NCBI GenBank assembly: GCA_951406725.2
Contig: OX597830.1
Coordinates: forward strand, 496,001 to 560,000
Length of the DNA: 64,000 nt
Direction: 5' to 3'
Source of the DNA: Octopus vulgaris
Lineage: Eukaryota
In this document: positions 38,602 to 54,169 of the stretch, piece after piece
Layout: each line of letters opens with the position of its first letter
Numbering within the stretch: the stretch's first letter is position 1
Notes under the pieces: generated by a model
Databases searched by the model: none
Told to the model about the DNA's origin: nothing
What the model saw: the letters and a program-made list of their open reading frames with translations, nothing else
Program-made: the position numbers and the translations under genes

Positions 38602-41285
38602 TACTTTTAATCTGCATGTTTGTAACAATCACCCACTGCGACACACCCAGCGTCCTAGGGCGAGTGAAAGATAAGAGATGTTAGAGTATGACTGAAACCT
38701 TAGGGAAGGCAAGTGGCTGGGGCAGTAGCGAAATATCTTCATGTAATACAACACAGACATTTAAAGTGATGGAGTTTTTCAAAGGTTGTGGGCAGTACTT
38801 GTCAGCACAAACTTTTGTTTCTCCTGGGATATTATCGAAATGTTTTTGACATTCCTTTCTTATCATAACTCGGACTCCTGAAATAACAGGATGGTTTCTT
38901 CCCTCTTTTCATATTAAGTACTGAGCATTTGGTAACCTTAAATTCCTTACCGATGTCTCTACCACACTTCTGGACTGCTTTGGTCATAACGGTTTTTCAG
39001 TAATGTCATCTGTCTGTTTTTCAGATTTTCCAAACAATTTCAGGTCATCCATAAACAGAAGATGCTTCAATGATGGGCCTTTCTTCCCATATCGGTAACC
39101 CATCTTAACTTTCCTAAGTGTCGTTGTAATGGGTATTAATGGAATTAAAAATAGTAACGGAGAAAACGAGTCACCTTGGAAGATTCCCCTTTTCATTTTA
39201 ACTTCTCCATGGAATACATTACATGAGTACAATGTGGTTTTCCACTCTTTCATGCTATGCATCAGAAAATTTGTGATGTCAGCAACAGAAAACGTCTGCA
39301 GCCATTCAACGATGCAAGAATGAGACATAAGCCTTCTTAAAGTCAATCCAACCCATAGACATGTTTGTATGATATTTTTAACAATGCCTCAAAACTTTTA
39401 TCGATGACCAGGTGATCCTTGGTACCTTGAGATCTCTTTCTATATCGTTTTTGTTCCCTTGGTAATATTTCAAAGTGTATGTCTTTGCCGCACATATTCC
39501 AGTGAGTATCTTTCAGATTATGTTTAGGCATGCTATAGAACGGTAGTTTCCCAGAATATTCCCCTTTCTTCTATCTTTCAGTAAAAATGATGTCCTCGCA
39601 GTTACCATCTACGCGGGGACTGTACCTTTCTGGACACACTCATTCAGTTGGACTGCTAATCTTTCAAGTACCGCGTGGCATCTCTTCAGCCAAAAACCAT
39701 GAATCCCATCTGGTCGTGGGGCTTTCCAGTTATACACTTTACCCACTTGTTCTTTCACATCACCCGTTCTTATGACAATATTTCTTTGTTTCTTTCCTCC
39801 TTGTAATTCTGTCTTCATCGTTCCTATCCTCATTGCATCCTTTTATGCACCTCATTGTTTTCCCTTAATCTGCTCCAGAACTCCATGACTTGATTTGCAT
39901 CAGGAGCAATATTCTCCCCATTGTCTTCTAACGTCCGGAAGAATTGCTTCGGCTTGTTTTTGAACAATCTGTTCTCCTCGAATTGCTTATTTCTGTTCGC
40001 AAATCTTCTTACCTTCTAGTATTTTGCCATGATCCTCTGTTTTAACTGCTCTATTACTGCATCAAACCCATTCTCCTATATTTTAGATTACTTCTCTAAT
40101 TTTTCTCGGTCGGTCTTTTTCCCCATTTTCCCAGTTTCTCCTTAACCATTGCTCAAATTTTCCTAGATTATTCCTTGTCTGTATTATGTCCCTTTCAATA
40201 CGTCCACCATAGGTCTTTTACTCCACCATTTTTTTCTCTTGCGTTATGTCCACCGTCGGGACGCATGGTATGACAGTATTTATCTTTTGTGTTACTTTAT
40301 TTATCATACTTCTATGTACCCTTCTCATATTCATGGGGATTTTCTCTTCTGGAGCATTCATCAACTCAATGAGTCGTCTTTGAATTTCAAGCAATTCATT
40401 ATCGAGTTGGTTCATTTCCCCTGAATGTCCACCCACCAGAGACTCAGGGTTCATTGTATATATTTCTTTACTGCCCACAAGGGGCTAAACACAGAGGGGA
40501 CAAACAAGGACAGACAAAGCGATCAAGTCGATTAAATCGACCCCAGTGCGAAACTGGTACTTTGAACTCAGAACGTGAAGGCAGACGAAATACGACTACG
40601 CATTTCGCCCGGCGTGCTAACGTTTCTGCCAGCTCGCCGGCAGGGTTCATTGTATAAGGTTCCTGTTCCTCATCCTTAACATCCCCATCACCATTTCCCT
40701 GTTCCTCCTGTCTATTCTCTTTGCTTTCAACTCCTACCTCTTTCTTTTTAACTCCGACCATTCTTATACAACCCATCCGCAGGTTCTCTCAGACTCTAAT
40801 TCGAGATATTTCTACTCCAGTTAAGTAACCATTCTCACTTGGTTCATTAGTTTATTTTCTGACATCGAACACGGGTCCTTTTCCATCCCAAATTTCAAGG
40901 GACGTCGGTCTACCCTGCGACTTCTTTCCAGCTTTGTTCTTTCATGACATTCAATAAGTGTATCCTACTCTTTCTTCGTCCACTTATGACTATTTTTGTG
41001 CACACCGTGTATGTGATCTGTTGTGACATAACGACCGTCCGAGGCCAGATCACTGCCCCCGATGCGGGCGGTTTCTAACGTGACGGGCGGGAAACCTTCA
41101 CCATGATCGGCGATAATCCTTTCATTGTTGTTATGCATCATGATTTCATGAGTCGTTTGTGGGGTTCCCGAAGGAGTTGTGCTTCCAGTCACCATCTTCC
41201 TCTCTTTATTTGTATATACACGTGCACATGTATGTACATCCACATCTATGTAAATAACGCGCTTGCATCCTGTCGCCTCCATAAC
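38600..41285 (-). mobile_element. Second, older R4/Dong family copy retaining its 5' ORF region
   Basis: HKWTKKE, NWKAPRPDGIHGFWLK, GTKDHLVID, RGIFQGDSFSPLLF, HLLFMDDLKLF; 3' end abuts (ATT)n. Confidence 0.85.
40461..40640 (-). mobile_element. SINE family 3 nested in Dong, with 16-bp TSD
   Basis: cagggttcattgtata at 40445-40460 and 40641-40656. Confidence 0.9.
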
Positions 41286-42106
41286 CACAGTGGTTTTCAT
41301 TATCACTTTCGTTCTACCTCTAGCAATTAAAAATATCAATAATAATATTGAAGCAATACGCAAAAATGTGATGTCGCTACAGAAAGACACTCTAAGTACA
41401 TATAATCATATATGCAATCTCATCTCTATGCAAATACACATAGATTTAATGTTTATGTAATTCACACATGCGCCAATGCACATCGTACATAATCAAGACA
41501 ACGTAGACCCCACAGTGTTTCAACAAATTAAAAGAGACACATAATAATAACAATAAAAATAAAATGTAATACGTCTCATTTCAAATGGAAACGAAAAAAA
41601 GACCAAGATATGCTTGGAAATAAAACTTGGAAAACAAATAAAGGCTAATCTCTATCTATGAGCTCGACGTGCTTAAGATAGGAAAACAAAAATAGCATAT
41701 AACAAGAGACTGTAACCGGCGGGAAAGTTACCTCTGAACAGGAAGGTTCCTCTACTAATGCCACTGCCCAAGCGGAAAACAAAACTAAAAGAGATCGGTG
41801 GGCAGATGACGACAGTAGTTGGGGCAAAGATAACATCTCAAAAACGGTTACAATAGCAGTGATTGTGGAGCTAAAAATTAGTTGACAATGATTCTTGGAT
41901 TACCATTCATGCAGAGAGCGCAGCAGATAATATTAAGTGCTGACTGCAAATGCTAACAGACTATATGAAAAGAAAGAATGGTAGCAGAAGACTAATTAGT
42001 ATGGACCATTGTAAAAGGAGTGAAAGGAGACCGCTTGCCAAGTATTTGATAAAAAGTGACGAAGATCTGCTGCAATATACCGGGACCCATATCATCATCA
42101 TCATCA

Positions 42107-42195
<89 letters not shown>

Positions 42196-42283
42196 TTATG
42201 TATGACTTTTCCTTTACATTTGTATAAGTTGGCTCCAAGTCTCACCCAGAGACCTCAAGAGACAAGTTGGAAGTTCATGTTGG

Positions 42284-42332
<49 letters not shown>

Positions 42333-42371
42333 GTTGTTGTAGTTGCTGCTGTTGCTGTTGTTGTTGTTGTT

Positions 42372-42665
42372 TGAAAACTCACAGCTTATCCTGGAAAGTG
42401 TCTGCTGTCCACAGCCAGCAGACTAAGGTGACACTTGTTTAACGTTCATGCGTCAAGAACCCTGCAACAACGTCTTGCAGTTCCACTCTTGCACCAATCC
42501 TTTTTAGCCTTGTTAGATGTTGAGTGCTGATACTTCCAAGTGCACCATTTACTATTGCTATCTCGTCTACTCTCCTCATTGACCACAACCTTCGTATTTC
42601 TCACTTCAAGTCATCATAGTTGTTTATTTTTTCTTCTTCTTCTTTCACATTGATCCTGTTGTCAA
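42372..42665 (-). mobile_element. R4/Dong-like 3' end fragment
   Basis: DNRINVKEEEEKINNYDDLK...RRLWSM...IAIVNGALGS; next to (TTG)/(TTA)n. Confidence 0.7.
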
Positions 42666-42769
42666 CGGGGTGAGGTGGTGAGCTGGCAGAAGAAATATCC
42701 CTCCAGTAGTATTGCAGAGAAAGAACGCAAACAAAGACGGTCATATCTATAATTCCATACCTATAACTT

Positions 42770-43080
42770 TTCAAAAAACAGATTTTAATAATTCTGCCTA
42801 AGTTTTTGGCAAAGTGATCGGTGCTTATTATTGATGGCTTGATTGGTGATGCGCAAACATGCATTTTACCGAACAAATCAATCAATGAAAAACGTCCACC
42901 TCCTGCGATACATCTTTGATAGAATGGGTAACATAATTGGCAGGGGTGTAGCCTTCATCAATTTACTTCAATCAAAACCTTTCGATAAGGACGACCATTT
43001 ATACCTGGCGGTTATTGTCACTACTGCTGATTTTGGTCCCGTCTTCCGTGGGTGAGGGATTGATGCAATGTACAACGACA
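42770..43080 (+). mobile_element. L1/Tx1 RT fragment
   Basis: NVHLLRYIFDR...INLLQSKPFDKDDHLYL...FGPVFRG resembles LDQSKAFDRVDH..GFGP. Confidence 0.7.
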
Positions 43081-43883
43081 ATGCCTATTAATTTCTGATC
43101 CTGATTTTGTGCTAATAATAAACATGACGTGGCATCATTCAGAATCAAAGCAATGGAAATGTACGTTTCACAGTCGCTGGAAATCGCTTATTTAGTAACA
43201 TCTTGTTAATGATAAAGCACTATATCTTATTCGGTAAATTACTTCTGAACACATTGAACAACATGAAATTTGCATAATTCTAAACACCAAGATTAATATT
43301 TTCATCGGGAATTAATTACGTTGCATGATAGATTTTACGTTCGTTTATGAGTTAAGTGAATTTTCTCATTTATTACTTAGGGTAGCATTTACAGCATAAG
43401 AGGATTTGCCTGGGAGTTTAATTAATTTGTGAATAGCCTGATAAAGAAGTCAGACATACTTTTCCTTGAAACGATGTTGAATGAGAGCTGAAATCATTGA
43501 GAATGTCATCTGTAAAGTTTCGCCCTTCAGTTATGTTTTATGTAGATTTAGATATATATTTACTGAATAAAATTAAATTCTTCTTTGATTTCAGTATGAC
43601 TGGTGCTTGTAATAGAGAAAACTAGAAAGTGTACAGACACAAAAGAAAGGAATCTATTTATGATGACCTTCAGCGAGACAAACTATTCATATGCGATACA
43701 TGGTCGGTGGACACTTAATACATGACACACACACTCATACATACGCAGTAATACGTTCATGAAGCATTCACAAGCTCACACAATCGCAAACGGATATAGA
43801 GACATAGCTACAGTTTAAGTCGTAAGAAAAACTTAACAAGCATTTAGAAGGTAAAGAAATAGTGTGTGTGTGTCTGAGAGAGA

Positions 43884-43949
<66 letters not shown>

Positions 43950-43952
<3 letters not shown>

Positions 43953-44462
43953 GGCAAAGTCGACCTCAGCGGAATGTGGATTCAGAATGTTACGACATGT
44001 GGAATGCCGTTAAACATTTCGCCTGGCGTACTAACGATTTTGCAAGCTCGTCGCCTCTAAGTATCTTTAATAAAAATTTCAAATTTTGGCACAAACACAG
44101 TAGTTTGGGGAAAATGGGTAAGTTGATTAAATTTAACCCTAGTATTCTGTTTGTACTTATTTCATTTCCCCGAAGATATAAAAGGCAAAATCGACCTCTG
44201 CGGAATTTGAACTTAGAACCTACAAACAAACGAAATGCCGCTGAGCATTTCACCCGTCTTGCTATCGATTCTATCAGCTCGCCGCTTTACTATCTTTGAT
44301 AATCTTTTCTTCTATAGGTACAAGGTACCTTATTTTATCGACCACGAAAGGATGAAAGGCAAAGTCAACCCCAGCAGAACTTGAAGTCAGATCATGAAGA
44401 CAGACGGAATGCTGCTAAGCGTTTCGGCCGGACTGCTAACGATTCGGCCAGCTCACCGCCTT
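43950..44462 (-). mobile_element. Cluster of three SINE family 3 fragments
   Basis: Repeated aaaggcaaagtcgacctc...gaatt..aac.cag...ctaacgatt..gccagctcgcc. Confidence 0.8.
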
Positions 44463-46744
44463 CTCAGTATCTTTATTAATTACTGATATAAACATTGAGT
44501 TGTTAGTTTGTTTAGTTCTGCAGTCCCACCTAGAAATGTATAAAGAGGGGGAACAGAGATGCAGAGAAAGAGAGAGAGGGGAAGAGCCAGAGAGAGAGTT
44601 AACATCAAAAGTGGAAAATGGCTGCATATAAGAGGTTTTGTCGCAGGCAATGATAACTTTCTGAAAAATACATATCTTTAATGAAGTTTCGCAGCAAGAG
44701 TTTTGTTTTTCTTTTTAATTAATAGATTATGAGATTATGGTGATAAAATTCAGAAAACTTCTGCGTATACTTATTGCAAATTTCCAAATGCGAAACTTGC
44801 TTTATTTAATTATATCTTAAGGTAATAAATATATCTGTCTTGAAAATAATATTAATTTTGTATAATTATTAATAATTTTGACAAAAGTTAAATAACAATT
44901 ATCGTCCGAATGATATACACTTGCCAACCATAGTGGCAAGAGTAATACTCCCAACGTTACTGTCATTTGACAGGTAGCACTTTAATTATTTATGTAATTC
45001 TAAATTCATCGCCCAGCGAGATGAGATGAAAAACAGCACTTTAGGATTAATCGACAGCAAATGAACTATAGGTATCCAACAAAGAAACTAATATTAATGT
45101 ATTTACTTACTCAGGCATCAAGAAGTTTCCTGGAGTTAATACACGGTGAGAAAAACAAAGAATAAGAGAGGATCACAATACAAATGTAAGACAATGTAGA
45201 GTTGCTGGGATTGAAGAAATAGAGGTGGTCAGATAATTATTCTAAGATGCCATCTGCATGTAAAAACAGCAGTTAGGGTAAGGTTTAACATACTGCATGA
45301 AACGCAAGAAAGTACAACTACAAACGTGTGAACAGACAACACATTGAATACGTTTTCTGCCAAGAATTATATTCAAGAAATTCATACGGTTTCTTGTGAC
45401 ATAAGGAATCATTTGACACCATTTGCACAACTAACTCCACCCTAAAAATCTTTCTCCCAACCATTATTGCTGTAGCTGAAGATGTAAGTGAAAACGTTAC
45501 TCAAACTCAGTTTGATTGTAGATAATGTCACTTTCAACATTAATGTTCTTGTAGAACTAATATATGCTGCAGTACACGGTTTTCTGACTCTTAAAATATA
45601 TAAACATTGTACCCAGTCAAAATCCGTGAGCTATCCATAGACCAAACGACACGCCATATAAGTTTTATAGATGGTGCTCAACATGGCTGCAGCCGAATGA
45701 CTGAAACGAAGGCAAGAGGGCAAAAGAAATATTGGGAGCGACATGTGTTTGCTTAGATGTTTGAAAATGTATGAACGCTACAACATCCAGTTGTCAGTTC
45801 TTTATAATATAAAAATCGAGTTAAAGTAGTCACAAAGGACAGAAGCATTCCATTCCTGTGCTTCGACAATCGTAACACATTTCGAAGATGTTCCACTTAT
45901 AACAGAAGGAGGTATACATTTGCTTGTCTCTCTAATAAACTAAAATGATTTCTTTTCTTTTTTTTCTTCTCAAGAAATAGAGTCGTTACAATACTTACGT
46001 CAGCAATCTTTCAATACGTTATCATTATAGTTCTTCACCTGTTAATTATGTCTTAGTGATTCGCTCTTCCAATACCGAGAATATCAGTTAACATAGATTC
46101 CATGGAAGATAAATAGATAAATATATAATGGGAGACATACTTTCACACATCACAGGAATGTATGTGTACATGGATTTGTGAATAAGTGTGTATGTGTGTG
46201 TGTGTGTGTGTGAGCGTGTGTGTGTGTGTGTGTGTGTGGGTGTTTGTGTGCATATTAAAGAATCGTTTCCTTATGTTCCGCTTATTACTTTTTTTTTTCT
46301 TGTTTAGAAATCAAATAAACTTGAAGAAATATGAATGCTTGGCACCAGTTAGTATGACGTACAACAGTTTCATGTGCTCCGCATTGCTGATCGAGATTCC
46401 TGGCCAATGTTTTTAACTACTACAAACCTCCAAGTATTATACTTCTAACCAATAAATTCCTAATATTGAGTAATTTCGATTTACTTTGTTTTTTTCACTA
46501 AATCACATCTGATTGTGATTTTGGAATGTGTGTGATTAGACAGTCTTTTTGTGGTCACGTGGAATGCTAGATATACCCACAAAATCTTCCTCAATTCCCA
46601 CCATTGCGATTTTAGTATAAGAATAACACATTGGACTATATATATATATATATATATTAGTTTTTTGGCTGCTATTTCAAATATTTTCGGTGGTTTAAGC
46701 AACTCGTTGCAAAAAACCCTTATTATTATAATTATATATATATA

Positions 46745-47152
46745 CTCTTTTACTCTTTACTCTTTTACTTGTTTCAGTCATTTGACTGCGGCCATGCTGG
46801 AGTACCGCCTTTTAATCGAGCAACTCGACCCCGGGACTTATTCTTTTGTAAGCCCAGTACTTATTCTATCGGTCTCCTTTGCCGAACCGCTAAGTAACGG
46901 GGACATAAACACACCAGTATCGGTTGTCAAGCAATGCTCGGGGGACAAACACACAAACACACACACGTATATATATATATATATACATGTATACGACGGG
47001 CTTCTTTCATTTTCCGTCTACCAAATCCACTCACAAGGCTTTTGTCGGCCCGAGTCTATAGTAGAAGACACTTGCCCAAGGTGCCACGCAGTGGGACTGA
47101 ACCCGGAACCATGTGGTTGGTAAACAAGCTACTAACCACACAGCCACTCCTG
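46745..47152 (-). mobile_element. SINE family 1
   Basis: Near-collinear with 5223-5634. Confidence 0.85.
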
Positions 47153-47799
47153 TATATATGTATGTATGTATAGGTAGATAGATAGATGCATACATACATA
47201 CATACAAACATACATACATACATACATAGTATATCCAAGAGCACGTATGTTTCAAAAGATTAATCGAAAGCGCTCGCGCATACTAGGATAAACATTCTTC
47301 CAAGAAGGTTAAAAGATTTTATAACTCTTCTTAAATATAATATTTAAAAAAAATATCCTTTGTACTTAAAAACTGTATTAAGTATTTTTAAGACTTTCAC
47401 ACACACGCGCAAATACAGGAACACACATACACAAGTTCGCACATGTAAATCTAAATGATAAATAGTGTCTCAAACAAAAGCAGGGTGGCTCCGACTGGAA
47501 TTTTGCTGTTATAGTTCTGATCAATCATGGCTGATCCAGTGGTTAGAGTGAGGTTTAACAACAACAACAACAACAACAACAACAATAAACAGAGTCATAA
47601 AGTTTATAGATTCTCATCTGAAGCTGTCACTACTGAATTTTGTCAACAATTGAAAACTAGCTAGGCTCTAAGTGACTCAGTAGGTAAAGGGTAGATTCAT
47701 TATAATTAAAGTAACACTTAAACATCATTGTGTATATATTATTAACATGTACGGGACATGTACGGGACAAAACCGTCTAGTTTTATATGTATAACATTA

Positions 47800-48260
47800 T
47801 TCAGTTTTATTTCAAGATTTCTTGTCAAAAGAGAAAAAAACGACTTCTAATCTAGATCCAAAGCTCCTTCATTGGAATTTCAACAACGTCAACAGAGTAT
47901 TTTTGTATGTATGTATGTACGTATGTATGTATGTATGTATGCATATAAGCAAGTATGTATGTATATATACGCGCAGATTTATATGTTTTGTCTTATATAT
48001 GTCTTCTCATACATATATTTGTATATCTAAAAATGTTCATATATACTTGAATTCTAAACATCTGAAAAGTTTTACAGATTTTTACAGTTCCAGTGATGGA
48101 TTGGATCTGTAGTCTTCGAATCAGCTTTCTCCTTTCTGGCTTTGAGGAGTCTAATTTCTCAAAATTGGTATTTAGGAAGTGTGTTACATATCCCAGTGCT
48201 CCAATAATTGCAGTTATAAACCTGCACTTGTAATCTGGATAGAGTAACGACAGCTTTCCC
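47800..48260 (-). mobile_element. RLE-type LINE 3' end (same family as 25160-25895)
   Basis: LLYPDYKCRFITAIIGALGYV...LIRRLQIQSITGTVKICKTF. Confidence 0.75.
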
Positions 48261-48479
48261 AACGGGTCAGAGTACAAGGAAACTGCGTTGTTTCTATGGA
48301 GGACATTTCTACTCAGCTTTCTAGATTGCTGCTCTGAACTTTGGTCACCCCACAGTGTCAAATTGATAGCGGAACTTGAGGCAGTTTTATGGCATCTATA
48401 TGAAACAGCTGAGCTATTGAGAAAAAGTAAAAGAGCTACGACTCTACTCTCTGGAGCGAAGGTGGGAGAGATATGTTGT

Positions 48480-48735
48480 GATATACATATGGAAGATCCT
48501 GGGGCTGGCCCCAAGCTTTAGCACCAGGAGCTATACCAGCCTATGGACAGGATGTCACTAGACTGTTCCAATTGTCCCAGGTATCCCGTCTAGATTGACG
48601 ACCATTTGCTGCAACAACTTGCAATTTAAAAGCTCACATCTGAGGAACCTTCATGGAGTGAAGGTACACGTTTTCAAAACACGACTTCACCTCATACGAT
48701 CGAAGGTCACAGATAAACCTATACCACAGCAATAT
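48480..48735 (+). mobile_element. CR1/L2-type LINE 3' fragment
   Basis: HLRNLHGVKVHVFKTRLHLIRSKVTDKP resembles the ..RN....FK..LD..L..VPD.P motif. Confidence 0.55.
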
Positions 48736-51700
48736 ATCAGAAATATATATATATGCGCGCGTGTGTGTGTATACTGCGACTTAAGTTCAAATCATATCGA
48801 AGCTGAATCTTTAATTTAATGACACGGAATGACTTCCAATCACTTTCCTTCAATCCAATTCCATTCAAAATAATTTGGCCAAGTCAATCTCGTCGTAAAA
48901 GACACTTGCTCAAGATGTCCCACTGTTGAATGGAACTCTTGAACTCATGCTTACGAAGCAAAAATTCTCATTACTCTGTGGTTACACACACACACACACA
49001 CACGCACACATCATAAATCTATTCCATTAATATTTTAATTAAAATGTACAATGATTCGTTAGATGGAATTGTTATATTTAAGACTTTAAACGAATCCGAG
49101 AGATAAGTTTGGAGACTGTAACGGAGATATTTAGAGGTTTCTATTCCCTTATTCCTGTGTTCGGAATTGGATTATTCAAACTTTACAATGTGTCTGCAGA
49201 TACACTGATAACAATAGTTTCATTTTCAAGTAAAATAGTATTATCATAGCTGGTGCTGGTTGTTATATTTTTTAAAGAGTACAACTGATTTTTAATTCAA
49301 ATCGACAGCATAAATGAAAGAATCGAAATAGATATCCATAGAGTACACAAATTATACTGATGAAAATACGTATTTAGAGATACGCAATTCGCACTAGCTA
49401 AAGTTTAAACTTAGGTTATAAATAAAGAGGGAAAGCTAAGCTATGAATCATCGCTTATTTTCCTGGACATTAGGTACTCTATGGCCTTCAGCATCAGTAA
49501 AGGACAGACGTAAATTGACTCGAAATATCTCTGTGACTTAGGAAAATTCATAGAGCAATTTTAAGAACGTGTTGATAAATTATGAGCAGTCACTGTTATG
49601 TATCATCGAAATATCCGACAATCGAAAAGTAACGAAGATGGTATTCGGCAATTCATATGAAGTGATTTGTATTTCATTCTATGAAAATGATAAATTGTTA
49701 ATTAAAAACGCATCCGTTATAAATTATATTTTCATAAAATTCGATAATTCAGTTTGGATTTAATTGAATATTTGATTGGGAAATTAATTTGATTTATCTC
49801 GCAAATGACATTTTAAAATTTATTTTCTGTTCGAGTATTTCTGAAGCATTTGGTCAAAATCAAATGTGATGTATTAAACCCTTCCAAAGACATTAGTAAA
49901 TCCCCCAGAACAGATTCTTTGTGTCAATTGGAAATCCAATATGAAGGAAGAGAACTTTTCGCATTGTCATGGGAATTCGTGGGTGAAGTTATTAGTTTCT
50001 GGGTGAATAAAAATTTCCGTAGTAAACCAATCAAAACAAATGTCGAATATTGACAGAAAGCCTCAGACATTCGGAGTGAAAAGGCTGCAAGTTATTATAT
50101 GAACTCTAATATTTATTTGGTACATTTTGAATATGTACCTGGGTGGATGAAAAACTCGCAATGTAAATATCTCTGACGGATTATCGCTCGCCATTTTGTT
50201 TCATATTTCAACGATTTCGCCGTCCATCATTCTTTAAGTATATGAACATTTGTTTCAAACCTTGGTACAACTGAACAGATTGTGTAAGAAGTTGTTTGTA
50301 AGATAGAAACAATTCTGTCGCTCGATCAATTGATATTCTACCCAACAGGTTTTAGTCATTGATATATGGGTTTCAAATTTCGGCACACAAGTCCAGTAAT
50401 TTCGGGGTAAGGGGTAATTCGATTACATCGACCACAGTACTGGACTGATACTTACTCTATCGTTACCGGAAGGATGAACGGCAAGATCGACCGCGGCAGA
50501 ATTTGAACTCAGAACGTAAAGACAAAATGTGGCATTTTGTCTGGCGTGCTAACGATTCTTCCAGTTCGCTGCCTTATATAAAGAGAATATTAAAGAAACA
50601 CGCTTCTTTTCAATATCTAAGTGGAGTGGGGTTGGTTGTGTGAGAGAAGGATGGATGGATATCATGTTGACTGCTACAAAGTCCTTAGTCCCTAGTCGTC
50701 TCACACAAGGTGTTATACTGAAGCAGTGTAGTCTTTCATGTATTGTGCCTGTGGAGTAGAACCGGGTGCTAATTTCGAAATGCACTCGATCATAGATTTT
50801 CACGATTAGAGTTGACCTTGGTTTAATCAAAAACAGTTGCAGCCGCGCATAATTCAGAAGTAAATTTATTCGGTATAAGTTTTACGCTTGATATTGAGTG
50901 AAGCTTTACGTTATCGATCTCAAGAAAACTTTGATACTGGTGGGGTCTGAAGTTAGAAGGAAAGGACTGGGAAAATCTTGCAAAGAATTACGTCAGACGC
51001 TCCTCATAATTCCGCCAGTTGATAACCTGACTCGGTCAGTTTTTATACACTCGGTCAGTTTTTATAAACTTTATTTTTTTATGCTGACAACTGTTACTCC
51101 ATCGGTTACGGCGACGAGTTTTCCTGTTGATCCATTCAATGTAACAGGTTTCTCGTGAGGTGTAAGTGCCTGAGCATTCCAGAAACACACGTACCCTTAA
51201 CATAGTTCTCAAAGAGATTTGACATGGCACAAATTGTGACAACTCATTTTTGCCACTGAGTGGACTAGAGCACATTCTACCACCTTAGTGGTATGTACAT
51301 GAAACGAAGAGCTGTTGCTCATATCAGTCCGCATGTCACGCAATGTACTTGACTCTGGGATTGCCGCTCCATTCTAGTCTAAAGTGTCTTGTTCAAGGAC
51401 ACAATGCGCCTCTGGGAGTCGAACTCACATCCTTACAACTGTAAGCCGAATACCCTAATCACTAAAAGACGCGCCGTCACTATTGACAAACTCACACTTA
51501 GACAAGACCGCCTGAGAAAGTATGAAATATCAACAGCGGTAGACTCGTATTATCAGATGAGTCCACAGTTTTACAGATGGTTTTGAACTGGCACAAAATG
51601 TGCTTTGTAAACAGGAAATTATCATTTTTTTTTCTCTCGCTATCTGTCTGTCTGTCTTGATCGGTGTTAACATTTACGGTGGTTGCTTTTGAAGGAATGA

Positions 51701-54064
51701 TAGAAAAGACCTAAAACAAATTGTGGTTCATAACTGTGTTTATATCACGCGTGGTGATATCATAGTTGTTGCAGCGGTTACGTTTGTATTTGCTGTTATC
51801 ACATGCTGGAGCCAATATAGATCTGTATCCCATGCCGTACAAGTTTTATATGTTGTTATAAGCGACACAAACACAGGTTTGAGGCAATAATAGAACAGAC
51901 AAACAATAATTGATTAAGTGTAGCATTTTAGATGTTTTTGTTCTTATTCTTTTTGTTTTTTCGTTCTCCCACAAAGTCGAAATAAATGAATAATTGCATA
52001 GTTTGAGAAAATCCTACCTTCAAAGCAAAAGATAAACTAATGTAAAGTGTATTAGGCAACAACATCAAGATCAGAGAGATAGATTTAGTTTCTGGATACT
52101 GCGGCATTTCAAATCTTGCAAATATTCTACACATACGCACATACGTGTGTGTGTCTGTTTGTATGTATGTGTGTGTGTATTATTGGGATGCAACATATAC
52201 GTGTCTGTGCATATGTCTGTATTATGTAAATGAGCTACTGGCATGGCTATGGACAGCAAAGTCAAATAAAAGCGTATCAAATATCATACAAATAAATACT
52301 GGATCTATTAAAATTATCTCCCCTTTAATAGAAGAACAAACAAATACTAAGTGGCAATTATGACAAACTCCAACGAGAAGCGGACGTAATCTCAAGACTC
52401 AAGAATTTCTCCCAAACTGACAGGCGTCCATTAAGGCAAAGGAAAAGCTGTCTGGTGGCAAGAGGACAACCGTAGACCTCGGCTACGTATCTCCACCAGA
52501 CGCCATCGCACAGCAGCTTTCACACTTTGACACCAACAAACGAGAAACTCGGGTGAAACTGCGTGTGTTTATTGCCCATGTTCTTGGTACTGGCAAACCT
52601 AAGTCGATTTTGTTGCTTTGAATTTGTTTGAAGTATGCTATTTTATTTAAAATGGATAAACATAAGCAATGGCTTTGTACTCTGGAGGAGGAGGAAGAAG
52701 AAGAAGAAGAAGAAGAAGAAGAAGAAGAAGAAGAAGAAGAAGAAGAAGAAGAAGAAGAAGAAGAAACCACTTCGATGTCTTTTAGTAAACCCTTTCTGAG
52801 ACAACCAACTACAAATGTTGAAGGAATGAGACTGAAGGAAAATAAAAAATCTTCCTCAGGAAACGTCGTTAATTTTCATATCACACCACCTGTAATTGTA
52901 ATTGATCTAGCTTTCGCTGTTTTTATTTTTTTTGGCTGGTGATGTGATTGTTTAACTCCCGATGTTTCAAGATCGAGTTTCACTCTCCTCTTACCAGACT
53001 GATTCTAGCCATGGCCATCTATTCTTTTGTTTATATTTGTACACGGAATGTATGTTCGTATTATAAAATAATTCTTTCGTTTGAGACCTGAGGGATGGAT
53101 ATCAGAAATATTTGGCTGTTACTTCTTGCAGATAGAATGACCAGATAGTAACTCCCACTTTATCCAAATACCATTATGCTACAAATCTAGAAAATTATCT
53201 CCGTTGAAAATTCATAATCAACCGGATTATCGACTAAATATATATCATGGTCAGTTGAAGTGTTAGCAGTGCCTAGTTTATCAAACATGGAGTTGATACC
53301 GAGATCTTGTCACTGCTGTTCGGGACGGAAATTGTAATTGTTATTGCATAAAAGAGAATATCAGTGGTCGCATATAATCTCCAGATATATCAGCTCAGTT
53401 GCTAGATCTGTGGATTACATGCCACTACTCACACGGTCGCCTCATCAACAGCAACATTAAATGTGTATTTGACACATAAGCTGTGGCATGTCGAGCCAGT
53501 ACAGAAGAAAAATACAGGATGGCCATCGTGAGAATGCGTTAAACCCTAGGTTAGCTTGACCAAGCCTGACCTGGTTAATTTCTCAACTACAACAACAGTA
53601 GCATTTCTACAGAGATGTCGACATGAAAGATAAGTGTGGTTTTCGTTCATTTATTTCAGAGTTGATTGGATTTCTGTAATACTGTTTACATTTATTTGCA
53701 ATCGAATATCTCGGTGCCCTCAGCCATTCGCATTCTTGTAGAAGAGACAATTATAGAACCGGCAATAATAAACAAACAAGCAAATAAATGAATAAATAAG
53801 CATAATTTAATTTACAAAACCATTTCACATCTGTTATAACAATTTCTGTAAATATTTAACTGTCGATTATTTATGTATTCTGATGTATAGTTGATGGTTC
53901 TCCGTCAGTTGCGACAATGAACATTCAGCAGTTTGACAAAGGGACTTACTGCAAGTGAAATTACTATGTTAGTGGTTGAATATTCCGCAGACAACTACAG
54001 TTTTACTCTAATACATACAATGAATCACGACATAACGCGACTAGACTGGATCACTAAATTGCAG

Positions 54065-54114
<50 letters not shown>

Positions 54115-54169
54115 TGGCAGAGAGGAAGGAGTATCGATTCTAATACTAGAGGGGTATTTTATAGATATA

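Noticed and set aside
49140-49270. Protocadherin repeat (ENETIVISVSAD)
   Set aside because: Lacks the DxD, LDRE and DxNDN motifs; the surrounding context fits a GAIN-like region better.
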